Source of the DNA: Nitrospirota bacterium
GTDB taxonomy: Bacteria; Nitrospirota; UBA9217
DNA: 32,000 nucleotides
Direction of reading: 5' to 3'
NCBI GenBank assembly: GCA_020052615.1
Contig: JAGVOT010000123.1
Span: 174-32,173 of the forward strand
Part shown: one piece after another, positions 15,974 through 24,075 of the stretch
Layout of the letters: each line of letters opens with the position of its first letter
Numbering within the stretch: position 1 is the first letter of the stretch
Position numbers and translations under genes: made by a program
The notes under the pieces: model-generated
The model's database searches: none
What the model saw: only the letters and a program-made list of their open reading frames with translations
Told to the model about the DNA's origin: nothing

Positions 15974-17685
15974 AAACGAACTTCGTGATGCGATGGCGCC
16001 GTTCCCTGCGGGCCGGTGCCGCGGTACTGGTCATGCTGCTCCTGTCCCAATCCGCTCCAGGGGCATCGGACAACGACCCGCTCCTTGCGGGGATGGCACC
16101 GGCTGAGATCATGCGGCTTGGCGAGAACATGTACCGGAACGGGACCCTGCCTTCCGGCGAGCCGGTCCAGGCGGTTGTCCAGGGAGACATTCCCGTGGCC
16201 GGTACGATGTTCACCTGCGCGAATTGTCACATGCGGAGCGGCGTGGGCTCCATCGAGGGCACGATCATCACGCCGCCGACGAACGGCGCGGAGCTGTACC
16301 GGCCGAAGAAGCCCGGCGCGCGGCACAGCGAGGCCCAGGAGCAGCGGCGGCCCGCCCCATTCATCACGCCTCATGACCGCCCGGCCTATACCGACGCATC
16401 CCTGGGACACGTGCTCGCCTCCGGCATCGATCCAGCGGGCAGCGTTCTTGACCCGATCATGCCGCGGTACCTGCTCGAACCGCGCGACCTTGCCATCCTG
16501 GTCCACTACCTGAAGAACCTGTCCGCGGACCTCTCGCCGGGGGTAAGCGAGGAGACGCTCGACTTCGCGACGATCGTGGCAGGGGACGTCGACCCTGCCG
16601 ACCGCGACGCCATGCTGATGCCGCTCAAGCTGTTCATTGCCAATCGCAATGCCCGGGTGCCGCTCTTCCAGGGGAGGAAAAGGACCGGGATCTTTGCGGA
16701 GGAAATGGACCTGTCCTACCGGAAGCTTTCCCTGTCGGTCTGGGAGCTCACGGGAACGCCCGATACCTGGCGGTCGCAGCTCGAAGCGTACTACCGGAAG
16801 AAGCCGGTGTTCGCTGTGCTCGGGGGGATTGCAAAGGGGGATTGGCTGCCCATTCATGCATTCTGCAATCAGAACGGCATACCCTGCATCATGCCGTCGA
16901 CCGACAAGCCGGTTCTTTCCGAAGATAACTGGTACGTGCTGTATCTGTCGCGGGGTCCGGCCCAGGAGGGTGAATCAGCAGCGCGCTTTCTCCATATGCG
17001 AAAGGACCTTGCGGGAGATGCGGGCCGGATCGTGCAGGTCTACCGGGACCGGGGGAAGGGCCCGGTCATTGCCCGGGCGTTCCGGGAGACCCTGTTGGAG
17101 ATGGGCCTGCTGCCGCCGCGCGAGGTCGTCGTGAAGGCCGGCGCCCCCCTCGATGCCGGTCTGCTGAAAGGCATGGGACCGGGTGTTGTAGCGGCTCTTT
17201 GGCTGGATGCCGACGATCTCGCCCGTATGCGGTTCGCCGATAAACGGTCGGGCCCGGCGACGATCCTGGCGTCCGGCGGGATGCTCGGCGAACGGCTGAA
17301 CGCGGTGCCCGATCAGGTTCGCCGGTCAACGTACATCACCTATCCCTACCGCCTGCCGAAGGACCGCAAGGCGACTCATCAGGTCGTGACCACATGGCTG
17401 AAGCAGAACCGTATTCCGGCATCGAACCTCAGGATCTCCGCGGACGTCTACGCAATGGGAAGCATGCTGACCGACGTGTTCATGCATATGAAGCGCAATT
17501 ACTACCGCGATCACTTTCTCGATGTCTTCGATATGCAAAGGGACCAGACCTACACGGTCCTGAACTATCCGCGCCTCAGCTTCGGCCCCGGGCAGCGCTA
17601 TGCGTCGAAAGGATGCTACCTGGTCCAGCTGACGGAAGGACCTGCCCCCGAACTTGTTCCGATGACCGACTGGGTCGCCCATTGA
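15970..17685 (+). CDS. Secreted c-type cytochrome fused to an ABC-type periplasmic substrate-binding (type 1 PBP-like) domain
   Basis: ATG 15970 overlaps the SCO stop (ATGA). Single haem motif CANCH (16216-16230) with a later DPIMPRYLLEPRDLAILVHYLKNLS (Met-Pro ligand-like). The remainder (VFAVLGGIAKGDWLPIHAFCNQNGIPCIMPSTDKPVLSEDNWYVLYLSRGPAQEGESAARFL...) resembles Leu/Ile/Val-type binding proteins. Confidence 0.85.
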   Translation: MKTNFVMRWRRSLRAGAAVLVMLLLSQSAPGASDNDPLLAGMAPAEIMRLGENMYRNGTLPSGEPVQAVVQGDIPVAGTMFTCANCHMRSGVGSIEGTIITPPTNGAELYRPKKPGARHSEAQEQRRPAPFITPHDRPAYTDASLGHVLASGIDPAGSVLDPIMPRYLLEPRDLAILVHYLKNLSADLSPGVSEETLDFATIVAGDVDPADRDAMLMPLKLFIANRNARVPLFQGRKRTGIFAEEMDLSYRKLSLSVWELTGTPDTWRSQLEAYYRKKPVFAVLGGIAKGDWLPIHAFCNQNGIPCIMPSTDKPVLSEDNWYVLYLSRGPAQEGESAARFLHMRKDLAGDAGRIVQVYRDRGKGPVIARAFRETLLEMGLLPPREVVVKAGAPLDAGLLKGMGPGVVAALWLDADDLARMRFADKRSGPATILASGGMLGERLNAVPDQVRRSTYITYPYRLPKDRKATHQVVTTWLKQNRIPASNLRISADVYAMGSMLTDVFMHMKRNYYRDHFLDVFDMQRDQTYTVLNYPRLSFGPGQRYASKGCYLVQLTEGPAPELVPMTDWVAH

Positions 17686-17715
17686 GCGCAACGACGGAGC
17701 GGAGAGCATGAGGGG

Positions 17716-19263
17716 ATGAGCATATTTCTGAACCGCTGCCGTCCGATCGGGCTATTCGGTCTTTTCCTGGTCGTGTTCCTGCTGTCCGCCGCCTTTCCTG
17801 CCCGGTCATCCACGTACGTCGGCCTCGATGATGAAGCACCGGTGTATACCATTCTGTCTCGGCTGGAGGCGGAGGGGATCGTCAACTCCGGTCTGCTTGC
17901 CACCAGGCCGATCAGCAGAAATGCCGCGCTGCGGCTCCTTCTGGAGGCGGAACAGAAAGCCGACGGGCGAAGCGAGTTCATCAAGGGTCTGATCGTTGAA
18001 TTGCGGCGCCGTTTACGACCGGAGCAGCCGGGGGCGGACGGACCGAAGATCCGGGGTTCTGTTTATGCGCGGTATGTGCACACGGACGCCGCGGTGCGGA
18101 CCCTTTCCTATCCCGGAGCCGACCGTGAACTGATGCAGGCGCTGAATGAGAACAATGAAGGCGATCTCTACGAGCCCGGGTCCAACTATCGGTTCGGTCT
18201 TACCGCCCATATCGACGATGCCGGACCATTTTCACTTTTTCTCAATCCCGAACTGAGAGCGGACGACGAGCATGAGCAGGGTGTTCTGAGGACCGGCTAC
18301 GGGGTCATCGGATTCTCCTGGATCGATATTGTCATAGGCAAGGATGCCCAGTGGTGGGGGCCCGGCCATCACGGCGCCCTGTTGCTGTCCAGTAACGCGG
18401 AACCGCTGACGATGATCAAGTTCACGGGGCCGGTGCCGCAGACCCTTCCGTGGATCCTGAAGTATCTCGGACCGTTCCAGTACAATGTGTTCTTTTCACA
18501 GCTCGAGAAGGACCGGAGCGATTATTCCAGGCCCTATTTCTGGGGAATGCGACTCGATTTCAAGCCGCATCGGTACATCGAGATCGGCCTGGAGAGGACG
18601 GCGATCCTGGGTGGACAGGGAAGGCCGACCGACGCCGGGACCTGGCTTGACAGCGCGCTCGGGAGCAGCGAACACGACGCTTCCGGCAATCCCGGCGATC
18701 AGCGCGCAGGCGCTGACGTGAAGATAACGCTTCCATTCCCATGGCAGCCGATGCAGATATACTGGGATCGGGCAGGAGAGGAAAACAGGCAGGAAAATTG
18801 GCGTCTCCCCTATAAATACGCAGATATCTACGGTCTCTATCTTCCCTCGTTGATGGGATTCGAGCGTATCGACCTCAGGGCGGAATATTCAGAAAACAAA
18901 TTGAACAAACAGGCCTACGTATGGTATACCCACGGAACGTACACTGCGGGATATACGTACCAGGGTATGATCATGGGCCATCACATGGGCACGGAATCGC
19001 GTGATCTCTTTCTGGAATTGGCCTGTCTGGTTCCGGAAAAAAACGCCAGGATCTCATTGTCCTATGATCAGGAAACGCATGACCTGGCTGGTCCGGTGAG
19101 CGAGACGGTGAGTGAATGGTCGCTCAGCGGAAGATCACTGGTATCGCAGCAGATCGAGGTCTCGGCTTCGCTCGGGTACGGAAGCATCGAGAATCCCGAA
19201 AACGAGGCCGGTCCGCCCGCAAGGGTTTATGAATTTGACATGGTCGTTCGGTATGTGTTCTAG
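17716..19263 (+). CDS. Capsule assembly Wzi-family outer-membrane protein
   Basis: Signal peptide. VLRTGYGVIGFSWIDIVIGKDAQWWGPGHHGALLLSSNAEPLTMIKF, WILKYLGPFQYNVFFSQLEKDR, repeated amphipathic strands, terminal aromatic-rich MVVRYVF. Confidence 0.85.
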   Translation: MSIFLNRCRPIGLFGLFLVVFLLSAAFPARSSTYVGLDDEAPVYTILSRLEAEGIVNSGLLATRPISRNAALRLLLEAEQKADGRSEFIKGLIVELRRRLRPEQPGADGPKIRGSVYARYVHTDAAVRTLSYPGADRELMQALNENNEGDLYEPGSNYRFGLTAHIDDAGPFSLFLNPELRADDEHEQGVLRTGYGVIGFSWIDIVIGKDAQWWGPGHHGALLLSSNAEPLTMIKFTGPVPQTLPWILKYLGPFQYNVFFSQLEKDRSDYSRPYFWGMRLDFKPHRYIEIGLERTAILGGQGRPTDAGTWLDSALGSSEHDASGNPGDQRAGADVKITLPFPWQPMQIYWDRAGEENRQENWRLPYKYADIYGLYLPSLMGFERIDLRAEYSENKLNKQAYVWYTHGTYTAGYTYQGMIMGHHMGTESRDLFLELACLVPEKNARISLSYDQETHDLAGPVSETVSEWSLSGRSLVSQQIEVSASLGYGSIENPENEAGPPARVYEFDMVVRYVF

Positions 19264-19542
19264 TGCAGATGAATGCAAAAAAAGAGGCTTTCGGTTTGCC
19301 TGGCTGATTGGTTTTACGTAATATTCAAAATAGGCCATTCATTTTGAGCTTTGCAAGGAGGGTGTGATTGCTCAACATGTTGAAAATATAGAATAAATGT
19401 ATCAATAACATTGGTATTCATTTTGCTTAATAAAACGCGGGAACAGACCTTTTCTGATATCTTTAAAGCTTGCTGCAATAATTCATTCATGACATGACGT
19501 CCTGTCTTCCATCCGATCGGCGGTTGCTTGAAGGAGTTCACG

Positions 19543-20619
19543 ATGCATTTGATCACGGCCTTCCTCATAGGATTTTTTCTCACAACAGTAATTACTCCGA
19601 AGGTCATCAGGTTCGCTATAACCTGTAATTGCCTGGATATCCCCGGCGGAAGACGGACCCACAAAAAGGTCACGCCCCGCTGGGGCGGTTTTGCCTTCTT
19701 TATCGGCGTATTGCCGGTCCTCTTCGCGGTAGGTTCCGGCAGGATGCTGATCTCCTACGTTGCGGCATCAGCTGTCATGATCGGCATCGGAATGCTTGAC
19801 GATCGAAAGCAACTGCCCTACACGGTCAAGTTCGGCGGCATGCTCGCGGCAGTTGCGATCGTCATCTTCGGCGGCAACGTGGTGGTCCATACCATAGGCG
19901 ATTACGGGCCCTGGGGGACGGGCGACCTTGGCCGCCTCAGTATTCCCTTTACGTTCTTCGGGATCGTCGGGGTAACGAATGCAATAAACCTGCTGGACGG
20001 TCTCAACGGCCTTGCAGGAGGTGTGTCCCTTCTTGGATTTTTATTCATGGGGATCGCCGCCGCCCATGGCGGGAACATGCCGCTTGCGATCGTTTGCTTT
20101 GCTTTCGTAGGCGCGCTCGCTGCGTTCCTCCGGTTCAACTTCCCTCATGCCAGGGTCTTCATGGGAGACACGGGGAGCCTGTTCCTGGGATTTTCTCTTT
20201 CTGTCGTCGCCGTAGTTCTTACCCAGAACAGGCACCATCCGGTGGATCCGATGCTGCCCGTACTCGTGCTTTTCATCCCCATTTTTGACGCGCTTCGCGT
20301 CATGTTCGTCAGGATGTTGAACCGGAGGAATCCGTTTCATGCGGATAAAAGCCATCTGCATTATTTACTCGTTCGACGAAGGGTCCCTTTCCCGATTACC
20401 GTTGCCTTTCTCTGGGCTTTGACCGCGGTGTTCGGCATTGCAGCGCTCATCATGATCGATGAACCGTCATTTTCTTTTCTCGAGATCGCGGTGTACGGTG
20501 CCGTCATTATGGGTTTGCTGACGGAAGCGCTCGTTTGGAGGCAGAAGAAGTACGCCCCGTTCGACGGCGGGGTGACGAGGCGACGGCTTCTCAGCCCGCG
20601 AGGCACCTTCCTGCTGTAA
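19543..20619 (+). CDS. wecA: WecA/MraY-like undecaprenyl-phosphate glycosyl-1-phosphate transferase
   Basis: ATG 19543 with TTGAAGGAG upstream. LDIPGGRRTHKKVTPRWGGFAFFIG, GIGMLDDRKQLPY, VTNAINLLDGLNGLAGGVSL, ARVFMGDTGSLFLGF, HADKSHLHYLLVRRR. Confidence 0.92.
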   Translation: MHLITAFLIGFFLTTVITPKVIRFAITCNCLDIPGGRRTHKKVTPRWGGFAFFIGVLPVLFAVGSGRMLISYVAASAVMIGIGMLDDRKQLPYTVKFGGMLAAVAIVIFGGNVVVHTIGDYGPWGTGDLGRLSIPFTFFGIVGVTNAINLLDGLNGLAGGVSLLGFLFMGIAAAHGGNMPLAIVCFAFVGALAAFLRFNFPHARVFMGDTGSLFLGFSLSVVAVVLTQNRHHPVDPMLPVLVLFIPIFDALRVMFVRMLNRRNPFHADKSHLHYLLVRRRVPFPITVAFLWALTAVFGIAALIMIDEPSFSFLEIAVYGAVIMGLLTEALVWRQKKYAPFDGGVTRRRLLSPRGTFLL

Positions 20620-20713
20620 TTTCACTGATAGTCCCTGAAGAGCGAGACCACGGGATGGGCACCATGACGCGCTGGTCGTCATTCCGCGCGCAGTGGCTGC
20701 CCAACGAGAATTA

Positions 20714-21664
20714 ATGATGAACGATGAACTGTTCCAGAACACGCGGTTTCTCCACAGCCTTTTTGATTCTATCCCGTCCATGCTTTTCATCATGGACGAT
20801 GATGTGCGGGTGATGCATCTGAACGCCGCGGCGCGGAAATTCAACGGCTTCGACAGCCTCCATAAACTTCTGGACAGCGGCGGTCAGGCCCTGAACTGCA
20901 TCAATGTGGCTCACGATACCAATGCCTGCGGAAAGACCGAGAACTGCAGGAAGTGCCTTGTTCGGCGGTCGGTGGGCCAGGCGGCGCGAGGGCGAACGAT
21001 ATTTCGCGAGGCCACCAAGATGGAGCTCGTGGATAAACGAGGTCACCGCGATGTGCATTTCATGGTAACGGCGTCGCCGTTCATGCACGAAGAGCGGTCG
21101 CTCATCCTTCTGATCCTGGAGGACATTTCCGAGCTCAAACGGACCGAGGCAAAATTGCAGAACATGAACGAACTGCTCGAGCGGCAGGCCACCACGGACA
21201 CCCTGACGGGGATCTACAACCGGCTGCGCTTCAATGAGCTTCTTCTGCAGGACGTCGATGAGGCGAAGCGATATCGCTTTCCGATCTCCCTGATCATGTT
21301 CGATATCGACCATTTCAAGAAGGTAAATGACAGCTATGGTCATCTGGTCGGGGACCGCGTCCTGAAGGAGATCGTGGCGGTCGTCAGCGCGAACATCCGG
21401 ACGGTGGACGTCTTTGCGCGATGGGGAGGGGAGGAGTTCATGGTCCTCTCCAAACATCTGGACCATGAGCAGATGCGGACGGTGGCGGAAAAGCTGCGGC
21501 ATGCCGTGGAATCGGCGAGGCTCGATGGATGCCACCCCGTTACCTGCAGCTTTGGCGTCACCCAGCTTGCGGACCATGACACGATCGAGAACTTTACGGC
21601 GAGGGCCGATGCCGCGCTCTATCGCGCCAAGAACGAAGGAAGGAACCGGGTCTGCGTCGCCTGA
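20714..21664 (+). CDS. PAS domain-containing diguanylate cyclase (GGDEF family)
   Basis: ORF 20693-21664. PAS-like N-terminus LFDSIPSMLFIMDDDVRVMHLNAAARKFNG; GGDEF domain DTLTGIYNRLRFNELL, LIMFDIDHFKKVNDSYGHLVGDRVLKEI, ARWGGEEFMVL. Confidence 0.92.
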   Translation: MMNDELFQNTRFLHSLFDSIPSMLFIMDDDVRVMHLNAAARKFNGFDSLHKLLDSGGQALNCINVAHDTNACGKTENCRKCLVRRSVGQAARGRTIFREATKMELVDKRGHRDVHFMVTASPFMHEERSLILLILEDISELKRTEAKLQNMNELLERQATTDTLTGIYNRLRFNELLLQDVDEAKRYRFPISLIMFDIDHFKKVNDSYGHLVGDRVLKEIVAVVSANIRTVDVFARWGGEEFMVLSKHLDHEQMRTVAEKLRHAVESARLDGCHPVTCSFGVTQLADHDTIENFTARADAALYRAKNEGRNRVCVA

Positions 21665-21761
21665 AGCAGCCGGTGGAGCCTCTCCAGCATCCCGGCCTGT
21701 CGGGACTGGATAAAGCGACATCCCGCAGCAAACCATCCTCAGGCAGACTGCGGCCGCGGGG

Positions 21762-22583
21762 TTAGGCCCGTCTGATCCTGTTCGGCCACGTATAGATGTT
21801 CATCCGGTCGCCGCGGGCGAATCCGACGAGCGTAATGCCCATGTCCTCGGCGTAGTTGATGGCCATGCAAGAGGCGGCGGCGCGGCTGATGAGGATGGGG
21901 AAGCGGTTCCTGCCGGCCTTGGTCACGATCTCCGAGGTCACCCTGCCGCTGGTGAACAGGATCTTGTTCTCAATCGATATCCCCTTCAAGAAGGCCTTTC
22001 CGATCAGCTTGTCCACCGCGTTGTGCCTGCCGATGTCTTCCGAGAAGAACAGAATGTCCTTGCCGTCCGACAGGGCCGCGCTGTGGACGCCGCCGGTCTC
22101 CAGGTACAGGGTCGAGATGTTCCTGAACCGGGCGAGCTGTTCCCTGATCGAATCCACGGTCATCACGGGGCCCTTCGTGTCGATCTTCCGGTCCATTTCC
22201 CGGTCGTAGTTCGTGAAGGTGATCCCTTTGCCGCATCCCGAGGAAATGGTGCGCTTTTCGAACTGCTTTTCCCATCCCTTCGGGAGGCCCGCGATCTCGA
22301 TATTGATGGATGGACCCGCGCCGGAGACCGAAAGCTTCTTGAGCGACGAACGATCGTGCAGCAGCCCTTCAGTGAGGAGAAAACCCACGGCGAGCTCTTC
22401 GAGCTCCGAAGGCGTGCAGAGCAGCGTGACAAGCGGTTCGTCGTTCAGGACCAGCCTGACGGGCAGCTCGGCGGCGACCTCATCGACAGCGCCGTCGATG
22501 CTGTCGCCGCTGACCTTCAGTATGAGCGCATCGATCTTCGGTTTCACGGCTGGAATATACCATAAAGGACTTTCCGGGGGCAA
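21762..22583 (-). CDS. fdhD: Formate dehydrogenase accessory sulfurtransferase FdhD
   Basis: NDEPLVTLLCTPSELEELAVGFLLTEGL, FFSEDIGRHNAVDKLIGKAFLKGI, LFTSGRVTSEIVTKAGRNRFPILISRAAASCMAINYAEDMGITLVGFARGDRMNIYT. True start may be GTG 22547. Confidence 0.93.
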   Translation of the reverse strand: MPPESPLWYIPAVKPKIDALILKVSGDSIDGAVDEVAAELPVRLVLNDEPLVTLLCTPSELEELAVGFLLTEGLLHDRSSLKKLSVSGAGPSINIEIAGLPKGWEKQFEKRTISSGCGKGITFTNYDREMDRKIDTKGPVMTVDSIREQLARFRNISTLYLETGGVHSAALSDGKDILFFSEDIGRHNAVDKLIGKAFLKGISIENKILFTSGRVTSEIVTKAGRNRFPILISRAAASCMAINYAEDMGITLVGFARGDRMNIYTWPNRIRRA

Positions 22584-22601
22584 GGAAGAAGGGGAGGGAA
22601 C

Positions 22602-22633
22602 AAAAAGGCCCCCGGCGCATCGCGCAGGGGGCC
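22602..22633 (-). terminator. Intrinsic terminator for the minus-strand gene at 22656-23402
   Basis: GGCCCCC (22607-22613) / GGGGGCC (22627-22633) stem extended by inner GCGC/GCGC. The plus-strand AAAAA at 22602-22606 gives TTTTT on the minus strand. Confidence 0.85.
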
Positions 22634-22655
22634 GTGAGCAGACAGTTACGGTGTC

Positions 22656-23402
22656 TTAAAAATGGATGTTCAACCTTGCCGAATAGGAGTTCACTTCGGC
22701 AAAATCGGCCTCAATGACGAGGTTCATGAGCGGAAAGAACGTGATCTTCGTGCCGACGAACCATTTCGGTTCGGAGAGGCTCTCGTCCTGCAGGGTCACG
22801 AGCGCGCTCTTTTCCTTGCTCTCGATCCAGACCATGCCGTAGCCGGCGTAGGGGGTGAAAATCGCGAAACCCTTGCTGATGGAGAGGTCAGCGGATTTGG
22901 TATTGATGTCGACGTCCGTGACACCGGAGAGCTTCGTATAGGCGCCCCGGATGGCGATCGCCGGCGTGGCGACGCTGCCCGAAAGGATGGCCCACTTGAC
23001 CTCGCCGCCCATGTACTTGATGTCCGTGCCCGGCACGCTCCCATAGACATATCCCAGATCGATCGGGATCACGGGAAGACCGACCTGGATATGGAACTTG
23101 GGAAAGGGCAGCGTGCTGGGGATGCTGTCGTTGCCGGGAACCGCCTCGATCTTCTTCCAATAGGATGCATTGTTGTCGACCTGGACACCGGTCACCTCGA
23201 CGCCCGCATCCACATGGGGAAGGACGCCGCCGAGGGGTTCGGCCGGCGCCAAGGGGACGTAGCTGATCGCCAGGCCCAGGTCCCTGCTGATCCCCTTGAA
23301 ATCCTCCTGGGTAAAGGTCGGTGGAAGGGTGATCTCGGTCTTTGCCAGGGCGGGAACAGCCATGATCAGCACCAACAGGACTGCGATAACAATTTTCTTC
23401 AT
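22656..23402 (-). CDS. Putative outer-membrane beta-barrel protein of unknown function
   Basis: ORF to 23444. Better start ATG at 23402, preceded by GGAGG. Signal peptide MKKIVIAVLLVLIMAVPALA. Amphipathic strands and terminal VNSYSARLNIHF with C-terminal Phe. Confidence 0.75.
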   Translation of the reverse strand: MKKIVIAVLLVLIMAVPALAKTEITLPPTFTQEDFKGISRDLGLAISYVPLAPAEPLGGVLPHVDAGVEVTGVQVDNNASYWKKIEAVPGNDSIPSTLPFPKFHIQVGLPVIPIDLGYVYGSVPGTDIKYMGGEVKWAILSGSVATPAIAIRGAYTKLSGVTDVDINTKSADLSISKGFAIFTPYAGYGMVWIESKEKSALVTLQDESLSEPKWFVGTKITFFPLMNLVIEADFAEVNSYSARLNIHF

Positions 23403-23560
23403 GGGAACCTCCTTCAATAGGTGCTCGAATCCGGTATTTTTCACATCGGCCTGTGTGCAGCCGATGCGTAAAATTAACAGAGGAGCTGTTGGTTGTCAAG
23501 GCTATAATCGGCGCAACGGACAGGAGAACAGCGTCGCCGGTGCGGGGAGGGAAATAACCC

Positions 23561-23613
23561 TTGACAAGGGCAATGCCTCCGTGTTACTAATCTTGCAATA
23601 AGTAACACGGAGG
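23561..23613 (+). promoter_or_regulatory. nikR promoter region with large palindromic candidate NikR operator
   Basis: TTGACA -35-like element (23561-23566). Perfect palindrome CCTCCGTGTTACT (23576-23588) N12 AGTAACACGGAGG (23601-23613) immediately upstream of nikR ATG 23618, covering the expected -10 region and the SD. Confidence 0.8.
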
Positions 23614-23617
23614 TCCT

Positions 23618-24037
23618 ATGGCCGGCATTACCCGTTTCGGCATGTCCATTGACAGTTCCCTCGTCAGGAAGTTCGACGCGATCATAGCAAAAAAGGGATA
23701 TACGAGCCGGTCCTCGGCCATTCAGGATCTGATCCGCGAAAAACTGGTCGAAGAAGAGTGGGAGGCAGGAGACCAGGAGACCGTGGGGACCATCACCATC
23801 GTATACAATCACCATACCCGTGAACTGGAACACGCGCTCACGGAGATGCAGCACAAGTCCTTTCACCAGATCGTGTCCGCCCTCCATGTACACCTGGACC
23901 CGCACAACTGCCTGGAGGTGCTCGTGGTGAAGGGCAAGGGGCAGGACATCAAGAAGATCGCGGACCGATTGATCGGCGCCCGCGGCGTGAAACACGGCAA
24001 ATTGACGATGACAACGACCGGCAAGGAGCTTGCATGA
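23618..24037 (+). CDS. nikR: Nickel-responsive transcriptional regulator NikR
   Basis: Ribbon-helix-helix N-terminus [38 protein letters not shown]. Metal-site signature [42 protein letters not shown]. Confidence 0.95.
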   Translation: MAGITRFGMSIDSSLVRKFDAIIAKKGYTSRSSAIQDLIREKLVEEEWEAGDQETVGTITIVYNHHTRELEHALTEMQHKSFHQIVSALHVHLDPHNCLEVLVVKGKGQDIKKIADRLIGARGVKHGKLTMTTTGKELA

Positions 24038-24075
24038 TCTTGTGGGGCATGCATTGTACCCTTCAGGAGGCGATC

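Noticed and set aside
15970-17685. Possibility that the cytochrome/PBP ORF is two genes joined by a sequencing error
   Set aside because: The reading frame is continuous, codon usage looks uniform, and there is no internal RBS or start at the domain junction. A fusion is the simpler reading, though read-level confirmation would help.
19314-19673. Minus-strand ORF of 119 aa opposite the wecA start
   Set aside because: It overlaps the well-supported wecA coding start and its RBS region, and has no recognisable domain. Best explained as a chance ORF in the AT-rich gap.
22662-23420. Plus-strand ORF of 252 aa opposite the minus-strand barrel gene
   Set aside because: The minus-strand frame has a clean signal peptide, an RBS and a downstream terminator. 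The plus-strand frame is Asp/Arg/His-rich with no domain logic.
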